Part shown: positions 16,294-28,327 of the stretch, in pieces
How positions within the stretch are numbered: the first letter of the stretch is position 1
Layout: each line of letters begins with the position of its first letter
Assembly (NCBI GenBank): GCA_025603075.1
Contig: MU626336.1
Span: forward strand, 27,781-91,780
Direction: 5' to 3'
Length of the DNA: 64,000 bases
Source of the DNA: Neoconidiobolus thromboides FSU 785
Taxonomy: Eukaryota; Fungi; Entomophthoromycota
Made by a program: the position numbers and the translations under genes
Notes under the pieces: model-generated
The model's input: only the letters and a program-made list of their open reading frames with translations
What the model was told of the DNA's origin: nothing
The model's database searches: none

Positions 16294-16763
16294 TTTGAGA
16301 AGTTTTTGTTGACGAGCCTTTACAAATCTTTTTATAACAGTCAGGTTTTGAATAGAATTAACATTGTTATCATTTATGTCTAGATTAAAATTATGTCAGT
16401 TTATTTAATATATTTTGTTATGTAGTTGCATTATACAACCAGTCCGTTTGATTTACCTTCAATTTTATTTGGCTCTGACATTTTGATATAATGGTTCTTT
16501 AAAAACTTTCAGTTTGTAAAATATTATCTACGAATCAAGAATCCTTAATTTTAGCTAAAAAGAGTTACCAATTTTGAAATACCGAATTTTGAAATTTCCC
16601 TAATTTCTACTAGAAATTCCTAAATTGGAAGGAACGTTGTAAATTTTTAGCTTAATTCATGATTTAAACAACTTGAAATGGTGATTTTTAGCATCTTACT
16701 TTTGATGTATTATTTTTAATAAAAACTGATAGAAAGCAAGAAAAATTAAAAGCAAAAGTATTT

Positions 16764-16861
16764 AGGGCTGTATTTTTTTGTTTAAGAACTTTGTTAACAA
16801 TCTTTCTACTCAAATAGCGCTTAAAAAATGAGAAAGTAATAAAATCAAAAAAAACATCCCC
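16764..16861 (-). mobile_element. ~96-bp MITE family, copy 2
   Basis: AGGGCTGTATTTT...AAAACATCCCC with ATTT on both sides (16760-63, 16862-65). Confidence 0.85.
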
Positions 16862-17930
16862 ATTTATAGTTTCCTTGAAACTAAATGTCACAAGCCTTAC
16901 CTTTTTGATGAATCTTTTTACCTATTTGACGCATATTTTACTATGGCTAAATTTTTTAATGAAAGCTATAACAATATAAACTATACTAATTATTTTAATG
17001 TGTAAATATAAAAAATTTAGAACTTAACCTTCTAAATTTGGTTACATCAGGTTTCCCACTTTTTATTAAAATACAGTGAAATAATCCAAATAGCACACTC
17101 AATAAACCTTAAAATGGAGAATTTTTTGAATTTGAGGAGTTGAGAAAGGATATCATTAAGTAAGCTTTATACCACCTTTCATATAAAGGTAAGGTAAATA
17201 TGTTAGTTTGTTGTAAATTATGGAACAAAACAATACCATCAATGCTATGAGAAGACATAGCCCCATATCATGATCATTATTATAGAAAAAAGTGTACGGT
17301 AGTTGTAAAAAATATGGACATTATATTGAATGTTTGATATTAAAACACATTTGGAGCTACCAACTTACCTTTGGGTATATCCAAATAATACCAAACTTTA
17401 TTCGTTTTTAGATGAATATTTTAAGAATGTAAGTTGTTTTGAAAATACTTAGATACTAGGCCTTTGGCATACTAATTGTATAAATGGTATGACAGATGAG
17501 GAATACATGGATAAAAATGAAATCCGTATCAAGGAATTATTCCAAAGTTTAGAACATCTAGGGCTTGATGATTTAAATTATTATTTTGCAACGTCGATTT
17601 TACCAAATTTATCATCAAATTTGAATTTATTGATAATCAACGATATTTTTGATATTGAAGTTACTTGTTTTGAAGATTCATTAAATAAGTAGACGATTTG
17701 AGAAAGCTTCATATAATTTATCTTGAACTCAAATTAGAAGATATGAGTTTCTTCTTAAACAAATCTTTTCCGCAATTGAATATATTGGATATGGGGAGTT
17801 TGGTTGTAGATGTTTCGGAGAATGAAGTTGTAGATTATGAATATATATAAATTTAAATAACTATTCAAACCTAACGAAACTCTATTATCAAGAATATCCT
17901 ATTTTAGGATTCAATAAGGTATCAAAGTTA

Positions 17931-17966
17931 AAAGAGTTAAAAGAGTTAAAAGAGTTAAAAGAGTTA
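17931..17966 (+). repeat. (AAAGAGTTA)4 tandem repeat, an in-frame KEL expansion in the pseudogene
   Basis: Four perfect 9-mers; the intact paralogue has a single LKEL. Confidence 0.9.
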
Positions 17967-18294
17967 ACATTGATGGGAGCTGACCTACTAGATGTGACTA
18001 TAAATAAGGAGGTGTTTCCGGAATTAAACCAGCTAAATCAATTAAAGCTACACTGTTCTTTCAACTTTTCATTAAAACATTTATGTTTATATTTATTGTC
18101 AACGATCAGATATTTATCTATTTATGTATAACCCTTTAATATTCCTAATCAAGGGAGTTTGTCTAAAAAATAATACAAATATAGTTGTTTTAAAACTAAC
18201 AATCTTACTGGATGTTGGTTCTTTTGATTATATATATCGTATCGTATGCTGTATAACCTTGAAATGATAAATTGTGAATTCAAAGGCAACATAT

Positions 18295-18391
18295 GGGGAT
18301 GTATTTTTGTGTTTAAGAATTTTACTAACAATTTTTCCGCTAAATAGTGTTCGAAAATGGAAAAAATAATGAAGTCAAAAAAAACACTCCC
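18295..18391 (-). mobile_element. ~96-bp MITE family, copy 3, inserted in the F-box pseudogene
   Basis: ATAT duplication; removing the element plus one ATAT restores AAC ATA TCA, matching GAC ATA TCA in the paralogue. Confidence 0.92.
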
Positions 18392-18941
18392 ATATCACGT
18401 TTAAATCATAAAGTACCAAAGGATTCTAGTTTAACGAATATAAATATTGATTTTTATAACCGACCAAATTTATATGGTTTTATTGATTGTATTTTCAAAT
18501 ATTTTCAAATATAAAAATATTTAATTATTAAATATAGATAGATATGTGATAAATTATGTGAATGATCCCAGGTTTTATTTTAAATAAAGTTGATATCTCA
18601 GTTTAATATATTATATTAAAACTTATATCAACCTTTTGTAAATTATATGTATAATAATGGTTATAATACTGATGTTATTGAAAACATATACCAATTTCTA
18701 ATAAAATCTCAATTTTTTATAGTATTTACCTTTGTTTATTCTAAATAAACTACTTAGGAGCTGATTGGCCCTTTGGATATTTTATAATGTTGCGTAATGC
18801 TTTATGGATCAATGAATGTCATTAAACTTGATTTTATGGAATGTCACTATTTAATCTCACAAACACGAAAATAACAATATTTGAATTAAACAAAAACTAT
18901 CTTGTATTAATTGGATTTTTATAGTTCCAACGAACCTTATA

Positions 18942-20252
18942 ATGAAGAGGCTACTAAAACTTGAGGGCTTAGAAAATGATGTACTCAGAGAAATTTTATG
19001 TCACCTTTCATCTAAAGATAAAGTTAAATTACTTTTATGCTGTAAAAGATGGAATAGAGTACTACTACCACTATTATGGGAAAATATGACTCCGAGCTAC
19101 AGTTATTATTATAGGAAGCAGATGTATACTAGTTTTAGAAAATACGGTCATTATATTAAATATTTGGATCTCAAAACATTTGTAAATTTACCAATCCACT
19201 CTTCAGTTTATCCAAATTGTAACAAGCTTTATTTATCTTTAGACAATTATTTAAAAAACAAAATCCATTTTGAAAGTAGTCAGCTAACAGGTCTTTACTA
19301 TACTAATTTTATTGACGATATGAAAACAGAGGACTATATACTTAAGAATAAGATTTGTATAGAAAAGATATTCCAAAATCTAAAGTATTTTAAAATTCAT
19401 AACTTAAGTATATATTTCAAAATATCAATCATACCATTATTACCATCAAATCTAAGCTCATTAGTAATCACTGACAGCTATGATAGTAGAGTGCCATATT
19501 TTGAATTCATGATAAATAAGTTCGATAATTTAAAGGTGCTTAAGTTAATTAATATTGAGCTTGGATTTAGGGATTTTATTTGTTTTCTAAATAAATCATT
19601 TCCTGAATTAGATAGGTTACATATGGAAGATATAATTGTTGAAGATTTGGAAGATTTAGAACAAATGTGTATAAATTTAAATAACTACCCAAAGCTAATG
19701 ACACTCTACTACCAAGGAAGTTATATGTTATTATTTAATGGTACATCAAATTTAAAAGAACTGGTACTAAGTGCAGTTAGCTTAGAAAATACGGCTATAA
19801 ATAAAGAGAAATTTCCAAAGTTGAATCAATTAACTTTGAATTATTGTGTCGATATTTCATCAAAGCAATTCTATTTGATATTTAACATGTCAACGATTAC
19901 CTATTTAAACTTATTAATGTACAATCATTTAGTGCTTTTAATTAAAGAAATTTACCCAAAAAATAACACAAATATAATTTCACTAAAAATTGTTAACCCT
20001 GTTTTAGATGCCAATTTCTTTAATTTTTTATATACATCATGCCCTATCCTATGTAACCTTGAAATAATAGACTGTGAATTTAAAAATGACATATCATTTT
20101 CAGATCATAAAATAATAAGGTATACTAATTTGACAAACGTAATAGTTAAGTTTTATAGTTATCCAATTGTAAATAGTTTTATTAACTATGCTTTAAAACA
20201 TTTTAAAAATATTAAAATGTTTAGAATTTCAAATATAAGTAAAAGTGTATAA
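18942..20252 (+). CDS. F-box / LRR-like protein, intronless
   Basis: N-terminal F-box-like LENDVLREILCHLSSKDKVKLLLCCKRWNRVLLPLLW, then LxxLxL repeats; 436-aa open frame. Confidence 0.8.
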   Translation: MKRLLKLEGLENDVLREILCHLSSKDKVKLLLCCKRWNRVLLPLLWENMTPSYSYYYRKQMYTSFRKYGHYIKYLDLKTFVNLPIHSSVYPNCNKLYLSLDNYLKNKIHFESSQLTGLYYTNFIDDMKTEDYILKNKICIEKIFQNLKYFKIHNLSIYFKISIIPLLPSNLSSLVITDSYDSRVPYFEFMINKFDNLKVLKLINIELGFRDFICFLNKSFPELDRLHMEDIIVEDLEDLEQMCINLNNYPKLMTLYYQGSYMLLFNGTSNLKELVLSAVSLENTAINKEKFPKLNQLTLNYCVDISSKQFYLIFNMSTITYLNLLMYNHLVLLIKEIYPKNNTNIISLKIVNPVLDANFFNFLYTSCPILCNLEIIDCEFKNDISFSDHKIIRYTNLTNVIVKFYSYPIVNSFINYALKHFKNIKMFRISNISKSV

Positions 20253-20545
20253 ACTGTTTAAATGGTTCTGATGTTATTTATAATAAAGATATCTTTAATT
20301 AATTTTCTAGTTTTTGATTTTTTTCGGAAGCTTTGCTAAGAATCTATTTTAAAAGTAACTGTAGTATTGATCTTGTTACAAAATTCACTATTATTTTTGA
20401 TAGCTAACCTTTAAACAATAGTTTCTGTGACCTAACATCACAAATGTATTGAATATCTCTAATATAAAATTTAGAATTGCTAAATTAAAAACTATTTTCT
20501 ATTATTCCTCATTATTTATTAAATTATCAATAATTTTTATAAAAT

Positions 20546-20643
20546 GGGGGTGTATTTTTGTGTTTAAAGATTTTACCAACAATTTTTCTACTCAAATAGT
20601 GCTTAAAAGATAGAAAAAGCAATGAACCCAAAAAAACATCCTT
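20546..20643 (-). mobile_element. ~96-bp MITE family, copy 4
   Basis: GGGGGTGTATTTT...AAAACATCCTT with AAAT on both sides (20542-45, 20644-47). Confidence 0.85.
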
Positions 20644-20845
20644 AAATATTTGTATAGATTGAAATACTATGTAGTAAATATTAAAGCATATTTATCATAT
20701 TATTACCAGCTAGTTATTAAGGGTGTTAGCATAATATATCAAAATGCCTTTTTTATCTATTGCTCACTTCTTGATAAAGTTGGAAGCCATTGTTGAAAAG
20801 GTATCTCTCTATCATGAAAGATTAAGAAATATCTGAGAAATATAT

Positions 20846-20941
20846 GCGGATGTATCTTTATATAAGAGTTTTACTAGCAACTTTTCCACTTAAATAGCGC
20901 TTAAAAGATAGAAAAACAATGAAGCCAAAAAAAACATTCTC
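20846..20941 (-). mobile_element. ~96-bp MITE family, copy 5
   Basis: GCGGATGTATC...AAAACATTCTC with ATAT on both sides. Confidence 0.85.
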
Positions 20942-21951
20942 ATATTTTTTAAATATGATTACGATTTTTTGTGTACTTTAAAAAAAGCAAAGCTCCCAAC
21001 TGTTTTTTTCTAATAAATAGTAAAAACATGAGGTAAAGGAGAACATACCAGGTTATTAGAATGTAAACTTTAGGTAAGAGCTCCGATTTGGCTAAACTAT
21101 CTTCGGCTTTAGATAGATCAATTCATAACGGACTCAATTTCCGTTTCGTATAAACTATGCCAAGCAAAAGAAGGTGAAGAAACTGGAAAAAGACCAGCTT
21201 CATTATTGGTTGAGAGTTGAGCGTAATATGATGATTTGATTTTTTTAAGGACATGATATAATTTCATTTAGGGGTATAGAGCAATCATACACTTTAAGTA
21301 TTATTTATTCACTTGTCTTTCTATCTTGAAAAAATTAAGTAAGCAACAAAAAAGTATAACTTTGAGATAAGTCTCATAACGTATTATAATAAGTTTATAC
21401 AGCAATATAAACTACTATAGAGGAAATCACAAACAGCACTAATGTTGAAAAGTCTATTGCTAAAAACATTAATAAACTTTCAAGAATAATGTTTGATTCT
21501 AATTTTAAAAGAGATATCGCTAATCTCATCCTTATCTAACCCAATGTTATAATCTTTAAAGCCAATAGTTTGAGATAATAAAAAATTCAAGTTTTATAAA
21601 TAAATGTCTATCTCTTATCTATTTTCAAATATTTTTTAATTTTTACTTAATAAAATAGCTTATATAAGATATAAATTATTTTAATTTAAAACTTTTTACC
21701 ATTGTTCCTAATAATATAATGTAAAAACAGCGGGTAAAATGGTTATTTTAAACAATAAAATAGAAGTTATTAAATAGTTGAAGCCAAATTTAATTGATCT
21801 AATTTAATTATTAGCCTATAATTAAAAATTTGAAAAATTACAATCTTTAGAACAATATCCCTTAATAAAGTATATTCCCAGGCATATAAACCTTATAAAA
21901 GTGAAAAAATCCATTTTATACAAAATCAACTTTTGTCCTTTTTTCTAAAAA

Positions 21952-22746
21952 ATGGTTTCAATAACTGATTTCACCACCATAAACCACTGGAAAGAATTAC
22001 CATTATCACAATGGTATCCTTACTTCAACCATCAACCTACTGCTATCTTTATAGCCATCACCTATTTAATAACTGTAAAATCATGTACCGAATACATTAA
22101 AAAACAAGCAGCAAAGGATTCGAAGACAAGCGGTGCCTTTAAAGCCTTCATGTTACTACATAATCTTGCCTTAGCTATTTACTCCTTCGCTACTTTTGCT
22201 TCCTTATTTATAACTATCTACACTGCTGTATCCAACAGTGACTCTCTCTACGACACTTATTGCGACAAAAACCAAGTTGTATGGACTCAAAGTCTTTATT
22301 TTAACACTTGGTTATTTTACTTATCGAAATACTGGGAGTTTATCGACACTTTAATTCTAATCGTCAAAAACAAAGTCCCTTCTCTTTTACAATGCTATCA
22401 CCACTCTGGTGCTGTTCTTGGTATGTTTTATCTGTTTAACAGTTCTAGTCCTGGTGCTTGGATCTTTGTATTGTTAAATTCATTGATCCACACTATCATG
22501 TACATGTATTATTTTTTCACTATTTTGGGATATAGACCAAAGTTTAAGAAGTATATTACGGGCCTTCAACTTACTCAATTCGTTGTTGGGTCTTGTTTAG
22601 CGATACCTTACTTTATTTGGCCAGAGTGTATTTCTTTAAAGCAAAAGTTGGCTATAGCTTTTAATTTAGTTTATGTCGTACCACTTATATATCTATTTAT
22701 GAAGTTTGCTAAGGAAACTTATACAGTGAAGAATAAGAAAAATTAA
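21952..22746 (+). CDS. GNS1/SUR4-family fatty-acid elongase, intronless
   Basis: HNL, FYLSKYWEFIDTLIL, LLQCYHHSG (His-box variant), NSLIHTIMYMYY, TGLQLTQF, C-terminal KNKKN. Confidence 0.93.
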   Translation: MVSITDFTTINHWKELPLSQWYPYFNHQPTAIFIAITYLITVKSCTEYIKKQAAKDSKTSGAFKAFMLLHNLALAIYSFATFASLFITIYTAVSNSDSLYDTYCDKNQVVWTQSLYFNTWLFYLSKYWEFIDTLILIVKNKVPSLLQCYHHSGAVLGMFYLFNSSSPGAWIFVLLNSLIHTIMYMYYFFTILGYRPKFKKYITGLQLTQFVVGSCLAIPYFIWPECISLKQKLAIAFNLVYVVPLIYLFMKFAKETYTVKNKKN

Positions 22747-23072
22747 TAGGATTATTTTGGTTTTAATAAAAAATATATATTAAGCTAATTTTATAAATGT
22801 TAACAGTTTTGCTTGATTTTATGAATATTGATTAAATTATATTAGTAGTGTAATGATCATCTCTTTTAATCAATCTAAAAAAACATTTAAGTAAGCTATA
22901 ACCTTATAAGAAAATGAACGGAACGAATATCTAAAGCAACTATTTGAAATACATTATAATAAATTATACATTATTTTAAATTTTGACTTCTGATTTCAAT
23001 TAAATTCTCGAGCACAATTTTTCCGGCCAATCATTCTTAAAATTATTTCAAACTCAAAAAAATTCTACTTTA

Positions 23073-24038
23073 TTAAGGATTAAAATTGTCATACTTCAAC
23101 TTAATGGTATCTAATTCCACCACTGTATAATTTGAATTTACATTGAGATCACTCTGTAATTTTCTTAGACTTTCAGAATTAGCTTTCAATTCCAACGTGA
23201 CCTCTTTGAAGGCAGTACTATAACTTATTTGTTGAAACTGAAGCTTTTCTTTAAATAGCTTTAAACTTGAAGTGTTAGACTCTCCAATTTTCGAGGTGAT
23301 TCTAGTAAGGTTTAAAGAGGCAACTCCTAATAAATAGTTAGGCTGGATAAAGTTATATAAGTAATAAATACCATATTCCATCATCATCAATAATGCTAAT
23401 AAACCCAACCCTTTACCGCGGTAGGATTTTTCTATTAAATGAATTTTAGCAGGTTGTATTTGAAGATTTAACTTAGTTACCAGCTACCATAATCTCTATT
23501 TCGGCGCTATTCTTATCCTCAAAGTCATTCAAGAAGAGATTAACGTCACCGATTATTTCTATATTCAACTATAGTTAGTTTTTATCCTTTAATTTTAGAA
23601 ATTATTTAAAAACACTAGAAATAAAACTTACTTCCTTTTATTTGAGTTGTATCATTCGATTCATTAATCAATTCTTCCTTTTCAGCAACAAATAAAATAA
23701 ATGTACACTCTATAAAGTAATTAAATCATTTCACCTGTTATTCTATTTGTACTTACTATCTTCATCTTCCCTCCAACTATCTTGCATCTGATACTCTTCT
23801 TCTAAGCTTAAAGGTTCTGATGCAGTCAATTCTAAAACATCGATTATTATCACTATCTCTTATACATTCACAAATAACAAACCTAATAATTCTTCAGTTT
23901 TCATCCATTGATGATACTGTGGAACATGCTCTTTTAAATAAGGGATCAGCCACAATCTATCGTTTTTCTTAATTTTTATTAGTTGTTGTTATTATTGCTT
24001 ATTAAATTTACTAATATCGTATTGCTATTAATTAACAT
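23073..24038 (-). CDS. NAT9: GNAT N-acetyltransferase NAT9-like; multi-exon
   Basis: MLINSNTIL|KNDRLWLIPYLKEHVPQYHQWMKTEELL, LTASEPLSLEEEYQMQDSWREDEDK, MIGDVNLFL, AEIEIMVA, KIGESNTSSLKLF. Confidence 0.88.
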
Positions 24039-24234
24039 TTTGTCTAAAAATAATGAAACTGAGAAGTTAAAAGGTTTTAATTTTATCAAAATAAGCTTAT
24101 CTTAATTTACTAAAAATGCTAATTTTTTAAAAATGAACTTTATATTGATAAATTTCAACAATTAATGACTAAAATAACTTTAATATCATCAAGTTATAAT
24201 ATTATTTGGATAATGGTAATACTATCTAGTAGAA

Positions 24235-25912
24235 TTAATAGCATCTAACAACCTTGTAAATAAATCCAATATAAATGGCCACAAAGAGGGTAAGTGGGAT
24301 AGCAGTATAGACATTAAAAGCGAGATGATAAAACAAATTAAAGATTAGGAACCCATTAAAACCTAAAAGCACAACAGCGACAAGATAATATGCATATAAA
24401 CTTGTTTTCGATAGAACAAACTGTTTACCCATAACAGTAACATCTCCAAGCAAAGCAAGCAAGGGTATAAGGGCAAATGGGAGTTGTAGTGATTGTAAGG
24501 TATTTAAATACTCACCTAAGGTATCTAAATAATCTTTTGCTAGGATAGCAACCAAGATAGATGGAATCAAAGCAATGCTTCTTGTCAATAAAACTCGTTT
24601 CCAAGGTGTTATAGAGAACTTCCAAAACCCTTCCATAACATATTGACCTGCCAAAGTACCTGTCATCGTTGACGACTGACCAGCAGCTAGAAGCCCTATT
24701 GCCCAGATGTACTTCGCTTTATCACCTAACGTGTTAGCTAGTGCCTCGGCAGCGTCTGCTAAGCCAACGTTATATTTTGGCACGCTTCCGTTATTGTAAT
24801 AGAAAACTTTAGCAAACACTACCATTAACGCAAGGTTAATTAAAAAAGAAATAAACAAAGCAAGTCCAGACTCAATAAATAAATACTTATTTGCCAGCTT
24901 AACTTGCTTTTTTTCTAAATCTACTCGACATACTTCCTTTCCAGAAGCTAAAGCAGAGTGTAAATATATATTATGTGGCATTATAACTAGTTTAAGAAGA
25001 TTAATTCAACTCTTAAAAACAAGAGGTTTAAATACTTACTAGCTCCAACCATAGCTACTGCTTGGATAACCGCATACTTAGGAATGTTTGGCACCAATAA
25101 GCCCTCCATCACCAATTTTGGATCCGGATTTGCCAAAAACATTTCAAAACAAAAACAAATAGCCATAACTCCAATCAAACTCATAAAAAAAGACTCCAGC
25201 TTATTCATCCCATATCTATGTAAAGCAAGAAATGTAAATGTATCTAACACTGTAATGATTACTCCCAACCAAAGTGGGAAGTTGAATAAAATATTAAAAG
25301 CTATAGCTGTACCCACCACTTCTTGTATATCACTACCTATAATCGCTAGTTCACACATAATCCATAACATCTTTGCAATTGGTTTCGGGTATCGGATACG
25401 AATATGTTCTGCTAGATGTTTACCTGTCACAATACCTAATTGGGAGGCAAGATTTTGGATCATCAAACCCAAAAAATGCGCCCAAAAAAGGATCCAGAGT
25501 AGGCTTTTTAAATATATAAGGTTTTCCTACTTATAAAAGCTTTAATTTTAATTACCTATTTCCACACAGTGCTGCTGCTTGTAGATCTGACTCTAAATTA
25601 CCTGGATCAAGATAGGCAATAGACCTGATAGCAGTTTAATCAAAGATTACATATACTTTATTTTTTCACTTACATTAACCATCCTGGTCCTGAAAATAAC
25701 CAGAAATTCTTTAAACCAAATTCTCTTTGTAGTAGATTAGCATCTTTGTTAGCGAACGAATATTCACGTATGCTTTTCCTCTTTTTTATATTTGGTTTTG
25801 AATTAATATAGTATACGTCCGGTAGTTCTAATAGCTTGCTCGTTTCTTGTTCAGATTGTTGCGAGCCCATTTTTGGTCTTGATTTTAAGTGTGTTGCATC
25901 GCTAGAATGCAT
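24235..25912 (-). CDS. NRAMP-family divalent metal transporter (Smf-like); multi-exon
   Basis: FSGPGWLM, AYLDPGNLESDLQAA, IIGSDIQEVVGTAIA, MPHNIYLHSAL, LLAAGQSSTMTGTLAGQYVMEGF. Confidence 0.96.
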
Positions 25913-26214
25913 TTTGGTTTAAAAGTATATTATTGTTGAGCCTAAAATAAAACTTGTTTTAGATAGGAGTTTTAATTGGATTGGTTCGAGATTTAAAGAA
26001 TTTAGTAAATTAAATGTATTCTGTTGATTTTATCCTAAAACGGAAGAATCATAATAAATATTCATTTTAATTATTTATCATAACGATAACAATCATATTT
26101 AATTATCTGTATCTTTAAATTAAATTTTATTCTTTTGTAATTTACAATTAAAAATATTCAAAATCAAATTTAATTACTATAAACTAAAAGCCTGTAAGTT
26201 AAACTCTATCTCTA

Positions 26215-28151
26215 TTACATTTTATCCACTGTTTTTAATCCCAACACAGCAAGGCCATTCTCAAGTGTTTGTTTAGTAGCCCAAAACAATAACCATCTAG
26301 CTTTACTCAACTCAATATCATTTAAACCTTTAACTCTAAGCTGTTCATTGGCTTGGATAGAAACGCGTGATAGTTGTAGCAAATATTGAGCAATTGTACA
26401 TGGCTCAAAATTTATCTGAGCTTGTGCTATGACATTTGGAAATTGGGCTAAAAGATAAGCTAGTTCAAATGCAATAGGTTCAATTAGCAGATCAAAATTA
26501 ATTTCCTTTGTTAATGGGATTTGAGCTTTTCTTTCAATACTATGAATTAAAGTGTTATTAACAATTATTTAATTGCTTTGGTAATTGTATATACTTACCC
26601 ACAAATCTTAGCATAAGAATATAACAAATAAACTCCGGTATCTCCTTTATGGTCTAACATTCTATTCCAATCAAATTGATAATCCTTATTCCTCTTTGCC
26701 AAAAAATCTTGAATCTTTATACCTGCTGTAGCGATCTGATCGGAAATAAAATCCTGTTCTTGCTTATCAATACTATTCTCATCTTTCATAATCTCCATAG
26801 TTTTACCCTTACACCTTTCTAAAATATCTTTTAAAAATATAGTATTTCCTTTTCTCGTAGAAACTCCTATCACTCTACCAAACCCAATGTGCACTAAATT
26901 TTTATGCCATCCTTGACTAATATCAAGCTGATACTTTTCTTTGATTTTGTTTTCAATAACTGGATGGATTAACTCAATAACCTTAAATACTTGTCTCATA
27001 TATAAATTTTGTTCGTTACCAACCACATAAATCATCTTATCAAAGTTTAACTCAATTTTTCTCTTAATAATCGTAGCTATGTCCCTCATCAGATATAAAC
27101 TAGTACCATCCTTTTTTATCAATATTGGTTGACCCAATTCGTAATCGGTTAAGTCTATAAACATAGCCCCTTCTCTTTTTTTAACTAAGTTGCTGTCTTT
27201 TAAGCACTCTAAAGCCAAGTTTAAATACTCGTTGCTTTCCCTTTCTCCAGAATAGATATCAAAATCAATATTTAATTTTCTATAAAGTTCTTTAAAACTT
27301 TTTAAACTTAAATCATGAAACCATTGCCACTGCTTTAACATATCTTCATCTCCTTATTTAATATGTTAATCGAATTATTCTTTAAAGCTATTTTTTATTG
27401 TCTTACCTTGTTCCAACAACTTGAAATATTCTTGAGCTTTAATCGAAACACTTTCGTCTGATTCTTTTAACTGGTTGATCTTAACGTATACTTCATATAA
27501 ATGCAACATTGGATCATCTTTTAGCTTTCCTACATCTCCAAACTTTTCAAACCCTAAAACTAATAAACCTATCGAAATCTTTTAATTAAATATAATAACA
27601 ACTAATGTTAGCTTACCATACTGTTTCCCCCAATCTCCTAGATAATTAATGGTTACCAACTCGCTTTTCGAACTATTAAATCTGATCAAATTCGATATAA
27701 ACTGTCCCAAAATGCTAGATCGTAAGTGTCCAATATGAAATGGTTTAGCTATATTGGGACTTGAGTATTCCACAACTACTTTTTTATCCTTATATCCATC
27801 TTCCAACCAACTATTATGATCCCATTCACTTGGTATTCCATAAACTTCCCTTTTATCATAGATATCAGTTAATATGTCCTTTAACAATCCTCTCTGACTT
27901 AACTCGAAGTTTAAAAATGGGCCCAGTTGAGATGTCCTTAACGAGTAAGAATGGAGCGTCTTTTCTAAATGCGATTGGACATCGCTTATATCCACTGAAG
28001 TTAACTTTTTGAGTTGAGGTAAAGAAATGCTAAATTGACCATGGGCTTTATTCTTTGGGACCATAAGTAGAGGCTTGAGGCTCTGTTTTGGGATCGAGCT
28101 CGCTTGGCTTAAACCTTCAATGATCGATTTTCGTATGTGAGAAAGTGCCAT
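26215..28151 (-). CDS. Arginyl-tRNA synthetase; multi-exon
   Basis: EYSSPNIAKPFHIGHLRS (HIGH motif), NYLGDWGKQYG, DGTSLYLMRD, GFGRVIGVSTRKG, GDTGVYLLYSYAKI. Confidence 0.95.
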
Positions 28152-28327
28152 TTGAGAGTCTTTTGTTTGGGCGCTATTCTAGTTTAATTAATTAAATTAC
28201 AAAGATTAACTCGAAAATTTTGATTTGACTTTCTGACCTTGAGTTTTTTAAAAGAATTCAAAATGAAAAGAAAATCAAAAGATAATGAAACTCAAAAATG
28301 TAAAACTTAAAATAACACTTAAAATTA

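Larger units (their letters stand above)
17114..18565 (+). pseudogene. F-box/LRR pseudogene, tandem paralogue of 18942-20252; right end approximate
   Basis: Collinear with the intact gene (YHLSYKGKVNMLVCCKLWNK vs CHLSSKDKVKLLLCCKRWNR; FLLNKSFPQL vs FLNKSFPEL; EMINCEFKGNI vs EIIDCEFKNDI); carries stops, frameshifts and a MITE insertion. Confidence 0.88.
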
